A DNA stretch of 64,000 nt from Candidatus Parcubacteria bacterium (GCA_963814275.1 CAWFCE010000002.1:298537-362536), one strand, 5' to 3'; positions 27,757 through 37,212 are shown, counted from the first letter of the stretch. Numbers and translations are program-made. The notes: generated from the sequence alone by a model not told the origin.

Positions 27757-27892
27757 AAATTTTATTATTGTACGTGTAGTATAAAAATAAATTTGTTAAA
27801 TATGGTTTTCCCGGGAATTTTAATTATTGTCCGGTGGTCTAACGCTGATTACTGCGCCGATTTTACGCGGAAAATTTATTATGCGATAAGAT

Positions 27893-28612
27893 TTACTTCA
27901 ACTTATTTAAAAAGTCCGTTAATTCATCCGGCAGGTCGATCGTATATGAACGGCGCTTTCCGTCAAGGTCGTCGAATTCCAAATGGTGGGCGACCAGGAA
28001 TATCCGGCCAAGCTCCAGTTTTTTATTCTTGATGCGGGTTTTTTTCGTGCCGTAAAGGTCATCGCCGACCACCGGGTAGCCGTAAGCCGATAAATGGGTA
28101 CGGATCTGGTGGGTGCGACCGGTCCTGATCTTTATTTCAAGTAAAGTGTAATTGATGAAATGTCGGCGGACACAAAACTCCGTGATCGCACGCCTACCCA
28201 GGGGATTGGTTTCACCCTTGACGGTTTTGGGCAAAGCGGCCATTTTGTGGCCCTTACTGGAGCGCTGGATAAGAAAATCTATCTCGCCTTCATCGGCATC
28301 GACCGACCCGTAAACCAGGGCGGTATAGAGCTTAGTTACGGTGCGGCTTTTGAATTGGGATTTGAGGTGATCAAAGCTCGCCTGGGTGCGGGCGACCACC
28401 ATCAGGCCGGATACCAGCATATCCAGCCGGTGCATCAGGCCAGGCCGGTCGGGGTCTTCGCCGACCCGGGCGATTTCCGGGTAGTCTGCCAAAAGCTGGT
28501 TAGCCAGCGTTTCCGGCTGGTCTTTGATGTGCGGAGCGCCATGTACCAGCAGGCCGGATGGCTTGTTGATTACCAGGAATTCTTCGTTAGCCTCGATCAA
28601 GTGATATTTCAT
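27893..28612 (-). CDS. RluA-family pseudouridine synthase
   Basis: FLVINKPSGLLVH, the catalytic HRLDMLVSGLMVVA, and GRTHQIRTHL. Confidence 0.85.
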   Translation of the reverse strand: MKYHLIEANEEFLVINKPSGLLVHGAPHIKDQPETLANQLLADYPEIARVGEDPDRPGLMHRLDMLVSGLMVVARTQASFDHLKSQFKSRTVTKLYTALVYGSVDADEGEIDFLIQRSSKGHKMAALPKTVKGETNPLGRRAITEFCVRRHFINYTLLEIKIRTGRTHQIRTHLSAYGYPVVGDDLYGTKKTRIKNKKLELGRIFLVAHHLEFDDLDGKRRSYTIDLPDELTDFLNKLK

Positions 28613-29733
28613 AGAATTTTTTCAAACTCATCGGCCATTCGCCCGATGGTATATTTATTTTTGGCCAGCGCTTGGCCATTCGCGCTCAAATCCATACGCA
28701 GGCGTTTGCTTTGGTGTAGGCGGATGATCGTTTGGGCAAGCTCTTCATGGTTATCCGGCCGGTAAAGCAGGCCGGTTTGTTCATGTTTAATGAATTCCTC
28801 GATGGTTTCAACAGCCGGGCCGACCACGGGAAGGGCGGCCAGCAAGGCATGCAGCGTGCTATCGATATCATTGAGATGCCATGACCGGCCGGTAATGGCA
28901 TACACATCAAGGTTGGCGAACCATTTCCCCTTGAAACGCTGCTCGCCGACAAACCATACCAAAGTGGAAAGCTCCATTTTTTGCGCGAGCCATTGCAGCT
29001 GTTTGCGGTCGGGACCGTCGCCGATCACCACGATCTGCAGATTGGGAATCACGGCCAGGCAGATTTGCGCCGCTTTGAATAATAATTCCAGATTTTGCCG
29101 GTCATCAAGTTCGATAGCCGTACCGATACTGAAAAATTTGCGGTTTAACTGCCGCTTATTGGCGATCGCGATCTGGCTGAAGAGATTCTCCTGCCGCTGT
29201 TCCCGGCGGAAACGTACTCCGAGGGGCAGCAATATCGCCGCGGTATCGCCGTTTTGGCTTAATTTCCTTTGTGTTGCCGCTGTCAAAGCAATGGTTTTCG
29301 TCCAGGAACGCTGCCAAGCGGTGATTTTTTCCAAAAGCGGCGAATAGCTGTAATCGGCGTCGGGGCAGCGCATGATGATCAGGGGCATCTTCAGCACGCG
29401 GCAGGGCAGGGGAAGGATCAGCTTGCCGGCCGTGTGAAAACAGACGATAGCTTCGTGGTGGCGGCGGTATTTATAATACCAGATCAGGAAAATATGATAC
29501 AGCCAAAGTAACGGAAGGACGATGACGCCGGCAACAGCCCGCCAACCGCGGCCGAATACTGTCCGGGCTTTGATCAGCTTGGCCGTACAGCCGCCATCCC
29601 TGAATGTCCGGGCCAGCGCCGGGTCGATCGTGCGTACCGTCAGCCGATGGCCCCGTTCCTTAAGGCAGAGGAAAAAATCCGCCAGAGTGGATATGTTATG
29701 GACAGTATGGATAATGAGGATGCTTTTGGGCAT
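28609..29733 (-). CDS. Glycosyltransferase, GT4-like (GT-B)
   Basis: C-terminal half VVIGDGPDRKQL...FVGEQRF...LDVYAITGRSWHLNDIDSTLHALLAALPVVGPAVETIEEFI...TGLLY. There is a 4-nt overlap with the downstream gene. Confidence 0.7.
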   Translation of the reverse strand: MPKSILIIHTVHNISTLADFFLCLKERGHRLTVRTIDPALARTFRDGGCTAKLIKARTVFGRGWRAVAGVIVLPLLWLYHIFLIWYYKYRRHHEAIVCFHTAGKLILPLPCRVLKMPLIIMRCPDADYSYSPLLEKITAWQRSWTKTIALTAATQRKLSQNGDTAAILLPLGVRFRREQRQENLFSQIAIANKRQLNRKFFSIGTAIELDDRQNLELLFKAAQICLAVIPNLQIVVIGDGPDRKQLQWLAQKMELSTLVWFVGEQRFKGKWFANLDVYAITGRSWHLNDIDSTLHALLAALPVVGPAVETIEEFIKHEQTGLLYRPDNHEELAQTIIRLHQSKRLRMDLSANGQALAKNKYTIGRMADEFEKIL

Positions 29734-29750
29734 AAAAAATAGGCGTTATT

Positions 29751-31199
29751 TTATTTCGTTTTATTAAGCAGATCCATCATATCCTGTCTGGTCAAGCCGC
29801 GGAAAAAGTATATCAAGGGGAAATATACGGCCAGGGCGATCAGAAATATGGCTATCAGGTTGGCGGTGATATGGCTTTTAACGAGCCAGATCGCCACCGC
29901 CATGATCAAGGCAGCGGAGAGCGATTTGATAAATATGGTTAATTGCGGCAGGAAATGACTGTATTTCCAAACGATATAAAAGGATGCCAAGGCGATGGCC
30001 AGTTCGGAATAGATCGTGCCCCAGGCGGCGCCGAAATACGAATAACGGGGGATAGCGTACAAATAGAAGAAAACCGCGGTCATGGCGACAAACAGGTAAG
30101 CGCCGATGATATGCTTCTGTTTGCCCAGGGCGATAACCGCGTGGCTGAACATTATTCCCAGAAAAATGATGCCGGCGGCGCCGATCAGGATTTGCAGGAC
30201 CGGTCCGGACACGGCGAAATCGTTGCCGGCCACGAAGACCATAGCTTCGCGGGCGATCAGCTGGGTGCCGATAACGAGGGGAACGGCCAGGATGACCATG
30301 ACATCAAAGGCTTTTTGCAGGATCATCCGGTATTTTTCCCGGTCGCCGCCTATCCAGGCGGCGGTCAGGATCGGGAGAATGATCCCGGCGAACATAAAGG
30401 GGAAGGTGATTACCACGTCGATCACTTTGTAAGCGGCGCCGTAGATGCCCACTTCTGCGATAATCCCCAGCTGGCTTTGGCGCGGCAGGAGCGAGAGGAT
30501 CAGGGTGTCGGCTTTGAGATATATAAGATTAAGGATAATCGTTATCGCCAGCGGCCAGGAACGGAGGATGATGTCTTTGTAGACCGCCAGGTCGAAGCGC
30601 AGATTGAAGCGGACGAGCGAACGGGAGAAAAGGAAGTGCAGTCCGAAATTCACCGCGCTGGCGAATACCGTAGCCGCGATTATCCCGCTCAGGCCATAAT
30701 CGTATCGTATGGACAGGATAGTGGCGGCCAGCAAGACGAGACGGCTCACGACTTCCGCGATCGATACTTTTTCCAGCCGCAAATGCTTCTGGAACAACCC
30801 GACCAATATTTGGTTCAGCGCGATGAAGATAAAGGAGGCGGCTGCTACCCCGACAGCCATTTTGACCGCCGGGCCGTAAGGGAAAAGCATGACGATCAGC
30901 GGCGCTATGCCGAGGAGTATAATAGCGGTAAACAGACGCAAAGAAAGAAGATTGCCCAATAGGACCGGCTCATCCGCGCCGGGCCGTGAGATCATCTGGA
31001 CCGTGACCAAAGTTAATCCCAGATCGGCAATAATAGCGAAAAACGACAGGAAGGTAATGGCGGTCGTATATTCCCCGAAGCCTTCTTGTCCCAAGTAACG
31101 GGTAATCAGGGCAACGGTGGCAAGCCCCAGTCCGGTAGCAATAATTTTGCCGGCGAACTGGACTATTGTATTGTAGGCGACTTTGGTTGACAGGCGCAT
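29751..31199 (-). CDS. Oligosaccharide flippase (Wzx-like, MOP superfamily)
   Basis: 482 aa with ~14 TM helices. The N-terminus MRLSTKVAYNTIVQFAGKIIATGLGL is typical of polysaccharide biosynthesis/flippase proteins. Confidence 0.7.
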   Translation of the reverse strand: MRLSTKVAYNTIVQFAGKIIATGLGLATVALITRYLGQEGFGEYTTAITFLSFFAIIADLGLTLVTVQMISRPGADEPVLLGNLLSLRLFTAIILLGIAPLIVMLFPYGPAVKMAVGVAAASFIFIALNQILVGLFQKHLRLEKVSIAEVVSRLVLLAATILSIRYDYGLSGIIAATVFASAVNFGLHFLFSRSLVRFNLRFDLAVYKDIILRSWPLAITIILNLIYLKADTLILSLLPRQSQLGIIAEVGIYGAAYKVIDVVITFPFMFAGIILPILTAAWIGGDREKYRMILQKAFDVMVILAVPLVIGTQLIAREAMVFVAGNDFAVSGPVLQILIGAAGIIFLGIMFSHAVIALGKQKHIIGAYLFVAMTAVFFYLYAIPRYSYFGAAWGTIYSELAIALASFYIVWKYSHFLPQLTIFIKSLSAALIMAVAIWLVKSHITANLIAIFLIALAVYFPLIYFFRGLTRQDMMDLLNKTK

Positions 31200-31365
31200 A
31201 AGGTGGCTAATTTAGCCGAATTTTGGTATAATTATATTATGTTTTCTGCTGTTTGTTTGCTGCTTACTGTTTATTAAATCTTTTAAAGTATCTTGTGTAG
31301 CGAATAATCAGCAAATATTTTAGTATATCCGATAACAAGTTTGATTTAATTATAACATAATTTTT

Positions 31366-31776
31366 ATGAAAAAAGCCACGCGATTTTTAGCGTATAATTT
31401 ATTGGTTATAAGTTTATTTATTGTCCTGTTATCCGGCATACAGCCGGTCCAGGCGGGCTCGCTGTGGGACGCCCAGGACTCGTCGGTGAAAACCAGTCTG
31501 GGCCAGGCTTTCGGCCAAAGCAGCGCGCCCCAGGACGTCAGGGGCCTGATAGTCCAGATTATCAAAGTGTTCCTTTCTTTTTTGGGGCTTATTTTCATTA
31601 TTTATATCATTATCGCGGGGGTGAAATGGATGACTTCAGCCGGCAACGAAGAACGGGTGCGCGAGGCAAGGAGACAGCTTTTGCATGCCGCGATCGGTTT
31701 TACCATTATAATCGCTTCGTATGCGCTTACAGAGTTTATTTATCGTTATGTTATTTATTCTTTGAATCTGAAATAA
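31366..31776 (+). CDS. VirB2/TrbC-like pilin-like protein, paralog 10 (dispersed)
   Basis: Signal peptide, TM1, the core IIAGVKWMTSAGNEERVREARR, then TM2. Confidence 0.75.
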   Translation: MKKATRFLAYNLLVISLFIVLLSGIQPVQAGSLWDAQDSSVKTSLGQAFGQSSAPQDVRGLIVQIIKVFLSFLGLIFIIYIIIAGVKWMTSAGNEERVREARRQLLHAAIGFTIIIASYALTEFIYRYVIYSLNLK

Positions 31777-31825
31777 CGCAATTTTATTTTCGGGAATATT
31801 ATGTATTTTGGAATTTGGACGGCAT

Positions 31826-32833
31826 ATGTTCAATAAAATAAAAAAATCATGGCTTTGGTTCTCGCTACTGGTAATATTCCTGTTTGCCGTTTTTCTTCTG
31901 AGCCGGGGCTGGATATATTCGCCGGAGGAGCTCAGCTATGGCGTGACATTTTCGCCTCAACAGGCGACCGAGCTGGGGCTTGATTACCGGGAGGCTTATA
32001 CGGCCGTATTGGACGATCTGGGTGTGAGAAACCTCAGGTTGCCCGCTTATTGGGACGAGGTCGAGCCGGAGCCGGGGGATTTCGATTGGACAACCCTGGA
32101 CTGGCTGATCAGCGAGGCCGGTAAGAGAAACGCGCGCGTGATCCTGGCGGTCGGCGGCCGCCTGCCGCGCTGGCCGGAATGCCATTTTCCCGACTGGGCC
32201 GATGGCCTGGCCGAAACAGAACGTGAGCAGGCTACGCTTACCTATATCGAAACCGTGGTCAGGCGCTATCAAAGTAATAATACCATCGATACCTGGCAGG
32301 TCGAGAACGAACCGTTCCTGCCCCATTTCGGCGAGTGTCCGGAGCCTGATCCGGATTTTCTCGATGCCGAGATTGCCCTGGTCCGGTCGCTCGATTCCCG
32401 GCCGATCCTCTTGTCCGATTCGGGGGAACTGTCGCTCTGGGTGCCGGCAGCCAAGCGGTCGGATATTTTCGGTACTACTATGTACCGCGACACTTATTCG
32501 AATGTCCTTAAACGCTATATCCATTATCCGATCGAGCCGGGTTTTTTCCGCTTTAAGCGCAATATTACCCGCTTGTTCGCCCGGCCGGAAAAATGGATCG
32601 TGGTCGAACTGCAGGCCGAGCCCTGGGGACCCAGACCGTTCCAGGCGCTTAGTCCCGAGGAGCGGGATAAGACCATGAACCTGGAGAAATTCCGGGACAT
32701 CCTCGAGTTCTCCCGCCAGGCCGGCTTTCAGGAATTCTATCTCTGGGGAGTAGAGTGGTGGTTGTGGGAAAAGGAGGTAAATAATAATCCAGCACTCTGG
32801 GATGAAGCAAGGAAGTTATTTACTAGCACGTAA
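31826..32833 (+). CDS. Membrane-anchored clan GH-A (TIM-barrel, GH5/GH42-like) glycoside hydrolase
   Basis: N-terminal TM helix, LRLPAYWDEVEPEPGDFDW, and the acid/base motif WQVENEPF. The exact family is not resolvable by eye. I chose the ATG at 31826 over the track's TTG at 31808. Confidence 0.55.
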   Translation: MFNKIKKSWLWFSLLVIFLFAVFLLSRGWIYSPEELSYGVTFSPQQATELGLDYREAYTAVLDDLGVRNLRLPAYWDEVEPEPGDFDWTTLDWLISEAGKRNARVILAVGGRLPRWPECHFPDWADGLAETEREQATLTYIETVVRRYQSNNTIDTWQVENEPFLPHFGECPEPDPDFLDAEIALVRSLDSRPILLSDSGELSLWVPAAKRSDIFGTTMYRDTYSNVLKRYIHYPIEPGFFRFKRNITRLFARPEKWIVVELQAEPWGPRPFQALSPEERDKTMNLEKFRDILEFSRQAGFQEFYLWGVEWWLWEKEVNNNPALWDEARKLFTST

Positions 32834-32834
32834 T

Positions 32835-32967
32835 ACATAGCATGTAACACGCAGCACATAGCACATAGCACGCAGCACATAGCACATATTTCAACGTTTA
32901 TAACATATCTTGGAAATATTTCATGCTATGTGATGCGTGTTGCGTGCTGCGTGTAACGTGTTGTGTG
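32835..32967. repeat. Imperfect palindrome built from 7-nt words (catagca/cgcagca)
   Basis: The left arm acatagcatgtaacacgcagcacatagcacatagcacgcagcacatagcacat and the right arm atgctatgtgatgcgtgttgcgtgctgcgtgtaacgtgttgtgtg are roughly reverse-complementary. Confidence 0.8.
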
Positions 32968-32979
32968 ATAAATTATTTT

Positions 32980-33855
32980 ATGTCTAAACAAACAAAGATC
33001 TACACCATGGGCCTCGACATCGGCGCTACCAATATGCGGATCGTTCTTTTCGACGGGCTCAAGGCGGTAGCCGACGACCTCCTGGCCACGCCCAAAGACA
33101 ATCTGGACCATTTTCTGGTAATGGCCCGGGCCCTGATCGATCCGATGCTGGAAAAGGCGGCGGAAATGAAGGTCAAGGTGGCCTCAGTGGGAGTGGGTAT
33201 TGCCGGAACCCTGAATTCGGACCAAAACGTGATGCTGGCGTCGCCGAATCTGCCGATCCTCAATAAGGTCAATTTGCGCGAGCAGTTCAAGGCTGTGACC
33301 GACCTGCCGGTGTTTTTTGACAATGACGCGAGCTGTTTCGTGCGCGGTGAGGCGTTGGTCGGCGCGGGCAAGGGCTGGGACAATATCTACGGCATCACTC
33401 TCGGCACCGGCATCGGTGGCGGCTGGTGGTTCGGGGGCAAAGTATACGAAGGCGCCCACGGCGGCGGCGGCGAGCCGGGCGAGTTTATTATTGATTTTGA
33501 ACACGGAATCGGCCTGGAGGAGGCATACCACAAGATCATGCAGAGTAATCCCGCCCAAGTAGCCGAAGAGGCTTATCGCGGCGATGTGCTGGCGGAGAGA
33601 ACATTTGAAGAATTAGGACGGATGCTGGGGATCGCCTTTGCAAATATTGTCAATTTGATCGATCCGGAAATTTTTATTATTGGCGGCAGTGTGGTTGAAT
33701 CAAGCGCTCTTTTTTTATCCGAAGCGAAGAAGGCGATGCACGAGCATATCGAGTCAAGCGAAGCCCGGAAGAAGATCAAGATCGTCAAAGGCAAGCTGGG
33801 CGATCTGGCCGGCGCCATTGGTGCAGCGTTGCTGGCATCGTCACGTAACGCATAG
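32980..33855 (+). CDS. ROK-family sugar kinase (glucokinase-like)
   Basis: LDIGATNMRIVLF, GVGIAGTLN, DNDASCFVRGEA, and GTGIGGGWWFGG....GGGGEPGEF. The track's upstream extension merely translates the palindrome. Confidence 0.8.
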   Translation: MSKQTKIYTMGLDIGATNMRIVLFDGLKAVADDLLATPKDNLDHFLVMARALIDPMLEKAAEMKVKVASVGVGIAGTLNSDQNVMLASPNLPILNKVNLREQFKAVTDLPVFFDNDASCFVRGEALVGAGKGWDNIYGITLGTGIGGGWWFGGKVYEGAHGGGGEPGEFIIDFEHGIGLEEAYHKIMQSNPAQVAEEAYRGDVLAERTFEELGRMLGIAFANIVNLIDPEIFIIGGSVVESSALFLSEAKKAMHEHIESSEARKKIKIVKGKLGDLAGAIGAALLASSRNA

Positions 33856-33914
33856 CACACAACACATAGCATGCGGTAAATATTTTATGGCTGTAAAATA
33901 GATTTAAATAACAA

Positions 33915-33939
33915 AAAACGGCATTTGGCCGTTTTTTTA
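33915..33939 (+). terminator. Rho-independent terminator after the ROK kinase
   Basis: aacggc-attt(g)-gccgtt followed by TTTTTT. Confidence 0.65.
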
Positions 33940-33951
33940 TTTTTAATAGCT

Positions 33952-34304
33952 TTATCTTAAATTTGATATAATACTCCACAACATTGCTCCGATCTCATCT
34001 GCCGACTTTGCCAAAATTTGATGTTCGTCTTCTTTTATATAAGATTCAGAAAAAGAAAAATATAATAAATATTTCACCTCGCGCAAGGACCGTAGGATGT
34101 TTCCAAAAAATTCAGGTATAATCTGCATTTTTTACCTTTTCTGCGCGCGAACCCTTCGATGTAATTAAGTAAAATCGACAGAACCGCTCGCCTGATTTGC
34201 GAAACAACACAATACAATTCTTCTTTGGGAAATTTTTTTGCCGCCCTGTATACCCTTTTGACGAATAGATGCATTTTCCACTTAAGATTGGCATGAAAAT
34301 CCAT
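33952..34304 (-). pseudogene. Four-helix-bundle protein (23S rRNA intervening-sequence protein family), 1-nt frameshift
   Basis: ORF 34074..34304 (KMHLFVKRVYRAAKKFPKEELYCVVSQIRRAVLSILLNYIEGFARRKGK...FLETSYG) stops early. The next frame continues SLREVKYLLYFSFSESYIKEDEHQILAKSADEIGAMLWSIISNLR* to 33952. Adding one base gives 354 nt, or 118 codons. Confidence 0.7.
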
Positions 34305-34362
34305 ATCGTAAGCAGGAAAGGCAGTAATTAAATGTTGTGTGCTATGTGTTATGTGCTATGTG

Positions 34363-34779
34363 TCACGTCCCCAGCGGTTGCACCACTTTCACCAGTACGA
34401 AATTGACCATGGCGTAGGCCATGAAGATGACGACGATGCCGATGACGCTCCAGATAATGATATCGCGCCCTTTCTCGACCTGGTTCTTATTCCCGGCCGC
34501 CATCATCCAGGTAAACCCACCGTAGATGAACATGACCAAAGCAATAGAGCCGACAACACCCAGGACGGCATTGATGACTTTGCCGATATAAGAGTTGATT
34601 GTATCAGTTGTAACCGGATCCGAATTGCCGGTCAATGGGTTAGAGAGTGTAACAGGTGTGGCCGGTTTTTTAACGCCTCCTGTATTTGCGCCATCACCAA
34701 TTTCTGCCGTTGCAGTCAAGAATGGAGCAAATATTATGGCAATACTAGCAACAATTACAATTTTTTTAAAATAATTCAT
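34363..34779 (-). CDS. VirB2/TrbC-like pilin-like protein, paralog 11 (dispersed, minus strand)
   Basis: Signal peptide, TM1, the core IYGGFTWMMAAGNKNQVEKGRD, then TM2. Confidence 0.75.
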   Translation of the reverse strand: MNYFKKIVIVASIAIIFAPFLTATAEIGDGANTGGVKKPATPVTLSNPLTGNSDPVTTDTINSYIGKVINAVLGVVGSIALVMFIYGGFTWMMAAGNKNQVEKGRDIIIWSVIGIVVIFMAYAMVNFVLVKVVQPLGT

Positions 34780-34820
34780 CTCAATTATGTTATTGATCTT
34801 AACATTATTTTACCATTTAT

Positions 34821-34865
34821 AAAGAAAAAATAAAAGGAGAGAAACATGGAATGTATTCTCTCCTT
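34821..34865 (-). terminator. Terminator after the TPR-protein gene
   Basis: A 9-bp stem aaggagaga / tctctcctt is followed on the minus strand by a T-run (A-run 34821-30 on plus). Confidence 0.65.
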
Positions 34866-34894
34866 TGAATTATAATTGAAAAAACGTTTTAGGT

Positions 34895-35917
34895 TTATTG
34901 GAATGTGAGCCGGGCGTAGGCATCACCATTTTCCCTGACGAGTCGAAAGATTTCGTCAATTTTATATGGAAGCTCATTACGGTGGTATATTTTTCCGCTC
35001 CTGGTTTCGATATAATACTCCCCAAGCGTCATTTCGCGCTGGGTAAATATGTTGACGCACTTGGCAAGCATCCAAGGCGAAGCTTTGGTATCACCCCGCA
35101 AATCAAAATCAACCACATCGCCTGGTTTGTAAATTGTAAACTCAAATACTGCTTGAATAATGACTATTCTTAATTCGGCAGGGTAGTCTTCCATCGTCTT
35201 TTCCGCTACTGGAATAGGCAATTTGTTTAAAGCCGGCTTAGCTTCTTTAATAATGTCTGCTTTATAACTCTGTCCGTATTTAAGAGATAATTTAAAGAGT
35301 TTCATTTTGCCGAAGGCATCTTCCAAACTAACACCCGCTTCATACCAATTTTTTGATATTCTATCGCTTAACCCGTGGTCTAATTGCCATGATTTATCGA
35401 AGCATTTACTGGCGCTTGAATATTCTCCTTTCTTAAGTTCGTGTTCTCCCTTTTCTAATATATGCTCGGTAATCCATTGCTTGTTATCCGGTGAAAACGA
35501 TAAAATGTGATCATACAAAGTAAATGCATCCTCAATATCGCCAACTGCCAATTGGTAATTAGCCACATCGCTAATAAACTTGACTGCATTAGTTTTAACG
35601 GCCGGATTTGCAGATCCCCGCTTAAATGCGGAAATTGCCTTACCGCGGTCGTTTAATAGCCAGTAGCAGTACCCGAGAATTTCATTTGCCTTCGGGTCAT
35701 TCGGATCTTTGATAAGAATTTCTTTCAAATATCCAATCGCTTCGCCTGTTTTCCTTTGAGCGTCTTCATAAAAATTTGTTTTTGCCAGATTGCGCGCCTC
35801 AGAAAGCGCATCTTCGGCTTTGCCCAATTTAGTAATACTAAACGCATTTGCCGAAGTAACCAATGATAACCCGATTACCAAGTAAAGACTCAGAAGGATC
35901 GCACTTTTTAGTTTCAT
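34895..35917 (-). CDS. Secreted TPR-repeat protein with a C-terminal ~80-aa module shared with the upstream membrane protein
   Basis: Signal peptide (…LVTSANA/FS) and TPR-like repeats (AIGYLKEILIKDPNDPKANEILGYCYWLLNDRGKAISAFKRG). The C-terminal module is PGDVVDFDLRGDTKASPWMLAKCVNIFTQREMTLGEYYIETRSGKIYHRNELPYKIDEIFRLVRENGDAYARLTFQ. Confidence 0.7.
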   Translation of the reverse strand: MKLKSAILLSLYLVIGLSLVTSANAFSITKLGKAEDALSEARNLAKTNFYEDAQRKTGEAIGYLKEILIKDPNDPKANEILGYCYWLLNDRGKAISAFKRGSANPAVKTNAVKFISDVANYQLAVGDIEDAFTLYDHILSFSPDNKQWITEHILEKGEHELKKGEYSSASKCFDKSWQLDHGLSDRISKNWYEAGVSLEDAFGKMKLFKLSLKYGQSYKADIIKEAKPALNKLPIPVAEKTMEDYPAELRIVIIQAVFEFTIYKPGDVVDFDLRGDTKASPWMLAKCVNIFTQREMTLGEYYIETRSGKIYHRNELPYKIDEIFRLVRENGDAYARLTFQ

Positions 35918-36026
35918 GACATATTCTCCTTATTCCAGTAATATTTGTAGGTTAATTTTGAATTGTATAAGAGCTTTTATAATATTATAGTAATTATATA
36001 TTAACATATTATTAATATATTGTCAA

Positions 36027-36058
36027 TTAAAAAACGGAGGTCATTTCTGATCTCCGTT
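36027..36058 (-). terminator. Terminator after the membrane-protein gene
   Basis: aacggag ... ctccgtt is followed on the minus strand by a T-run. Confidence 0.6.
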
Positions 36059-36084
36059 TAAATGTACAATAAATATTAAAATTT

Positions 36085-37202
36085 TCAGGAAAATGTGAGC
36101 ACTGCGATAGCGTCACCATTCTCCCTGACGAGTCGAAAAACCTCGCCAATTTTATAAGGAAGTTTATTACGGTAATATATTATTCCGCTCCTGGTTTCGA
36201 TATAATACTCCCCAAGCGTCACCTCACGCTGGGTAAATATGTTGACGCAATCAGCCAACATCCAGGAGAAAACCTCGTCTCGCCAGTTAAATGAAATTCT
36301 GCTATATCCCCTGGGTAGTAGGTAATATAATCCTTAGTTGAATCGTTATTCTTTCCGGAAAAGAATTTTTTGATTGAGTCAAGGATGCTGCCGGCGGTAC
36401 GTCCGGTGACTGCCGTAACTGTGTGTTCGTTACGTTGTTTTAGAAGTTCTTCATATCTCTTTTGCTCACCGGACGTAATTGAAGCGATATTATGGTTTAG
36501 CTTATATATGTAAGTAGTCATGAAAGCAGCATCAATATCCTCCTTTATCGTTTTATTAATATCTTTCGCCTCATATACAAGACGGTCAACTTTGCTAACT
36601 GCCATTGTGTCATGCAGGCAGAAACCCAGAAACTTATAGGAGTATGACCTTGGGATCAGTAGCAAGAAACTGACTATGAGCGCGACGACACAGTAGAGAT
36701 ATATAAGCCGCTTAGCTATCTTTACTTTCATCCCCCAGACGAAGTCCATTAAGGCGAAAATGATCATCACCAAGAATATAATTGTAATACTCCGGGGATT
36801 GTTTTTAAACGATATGGTGCCGGCAGCCAACAATATGATTGAAATCCATAGCGTGGTGTGCCCAAGCGCGAGAAACCAGACTCCAACAATAGCGTTTTTC
36901 AGTTTCTCCGGCAGCGTTTTATCGTCTTGCAAGCTTATACCGATAATGCTTAATGGAATAAGTGCCGTCGGACGGGTCGCGATGATTATTGAGATAAACG
37001 CTATGAGAATGGCCAAAATAATGTTAGCCTGATACAAACCGATTAAATTAAATACAGTTCCAAAACCAGCCACAACTAACACCGCATAGAATAATGCCGA
37101 AATAAAACGACGGTGGTAATTATTAAGTATCGCCAGCGTATCACTTGGAAAATCCGTGCTTAAAACATATCTGATGTTATCCAGAATATTTTGGAAATTC
37201 AT
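36085..37202 (-). pseudogene. Polytopic membrane protein with the same C-terminal module, interrupted by a 1-nt deletion
   Basis: ORF 36219..37202 ends ...GDIAEFHLTGETRFSPGCWLIASTYLPSVR*. Shifting frame at ~36264 restores ...SPWMLADCVNIFTQREVTLGEYYIETRSGIIYYRNKLPYKIGEVFRLVRENGDAIAVLTFS* (stop at 36085-87). The corrected length is 1119 nt, or 373 codons. Confidence 0.65.
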
Positions 37203-37212
37203 ATCTCCTCCT

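Noticed and set aside
32923-32979. Upstream extensions of the ROK kinase (32923), queA (55341), nusB (57172), pilT (58753), rplS (25499) and the GH-A hydrolase (31808)
   Set aside because: The extensions translate word hairpins or AT-rich leaders, and several use non-ATG starts. Internal ATGs that give canonical N-termini were preferred.
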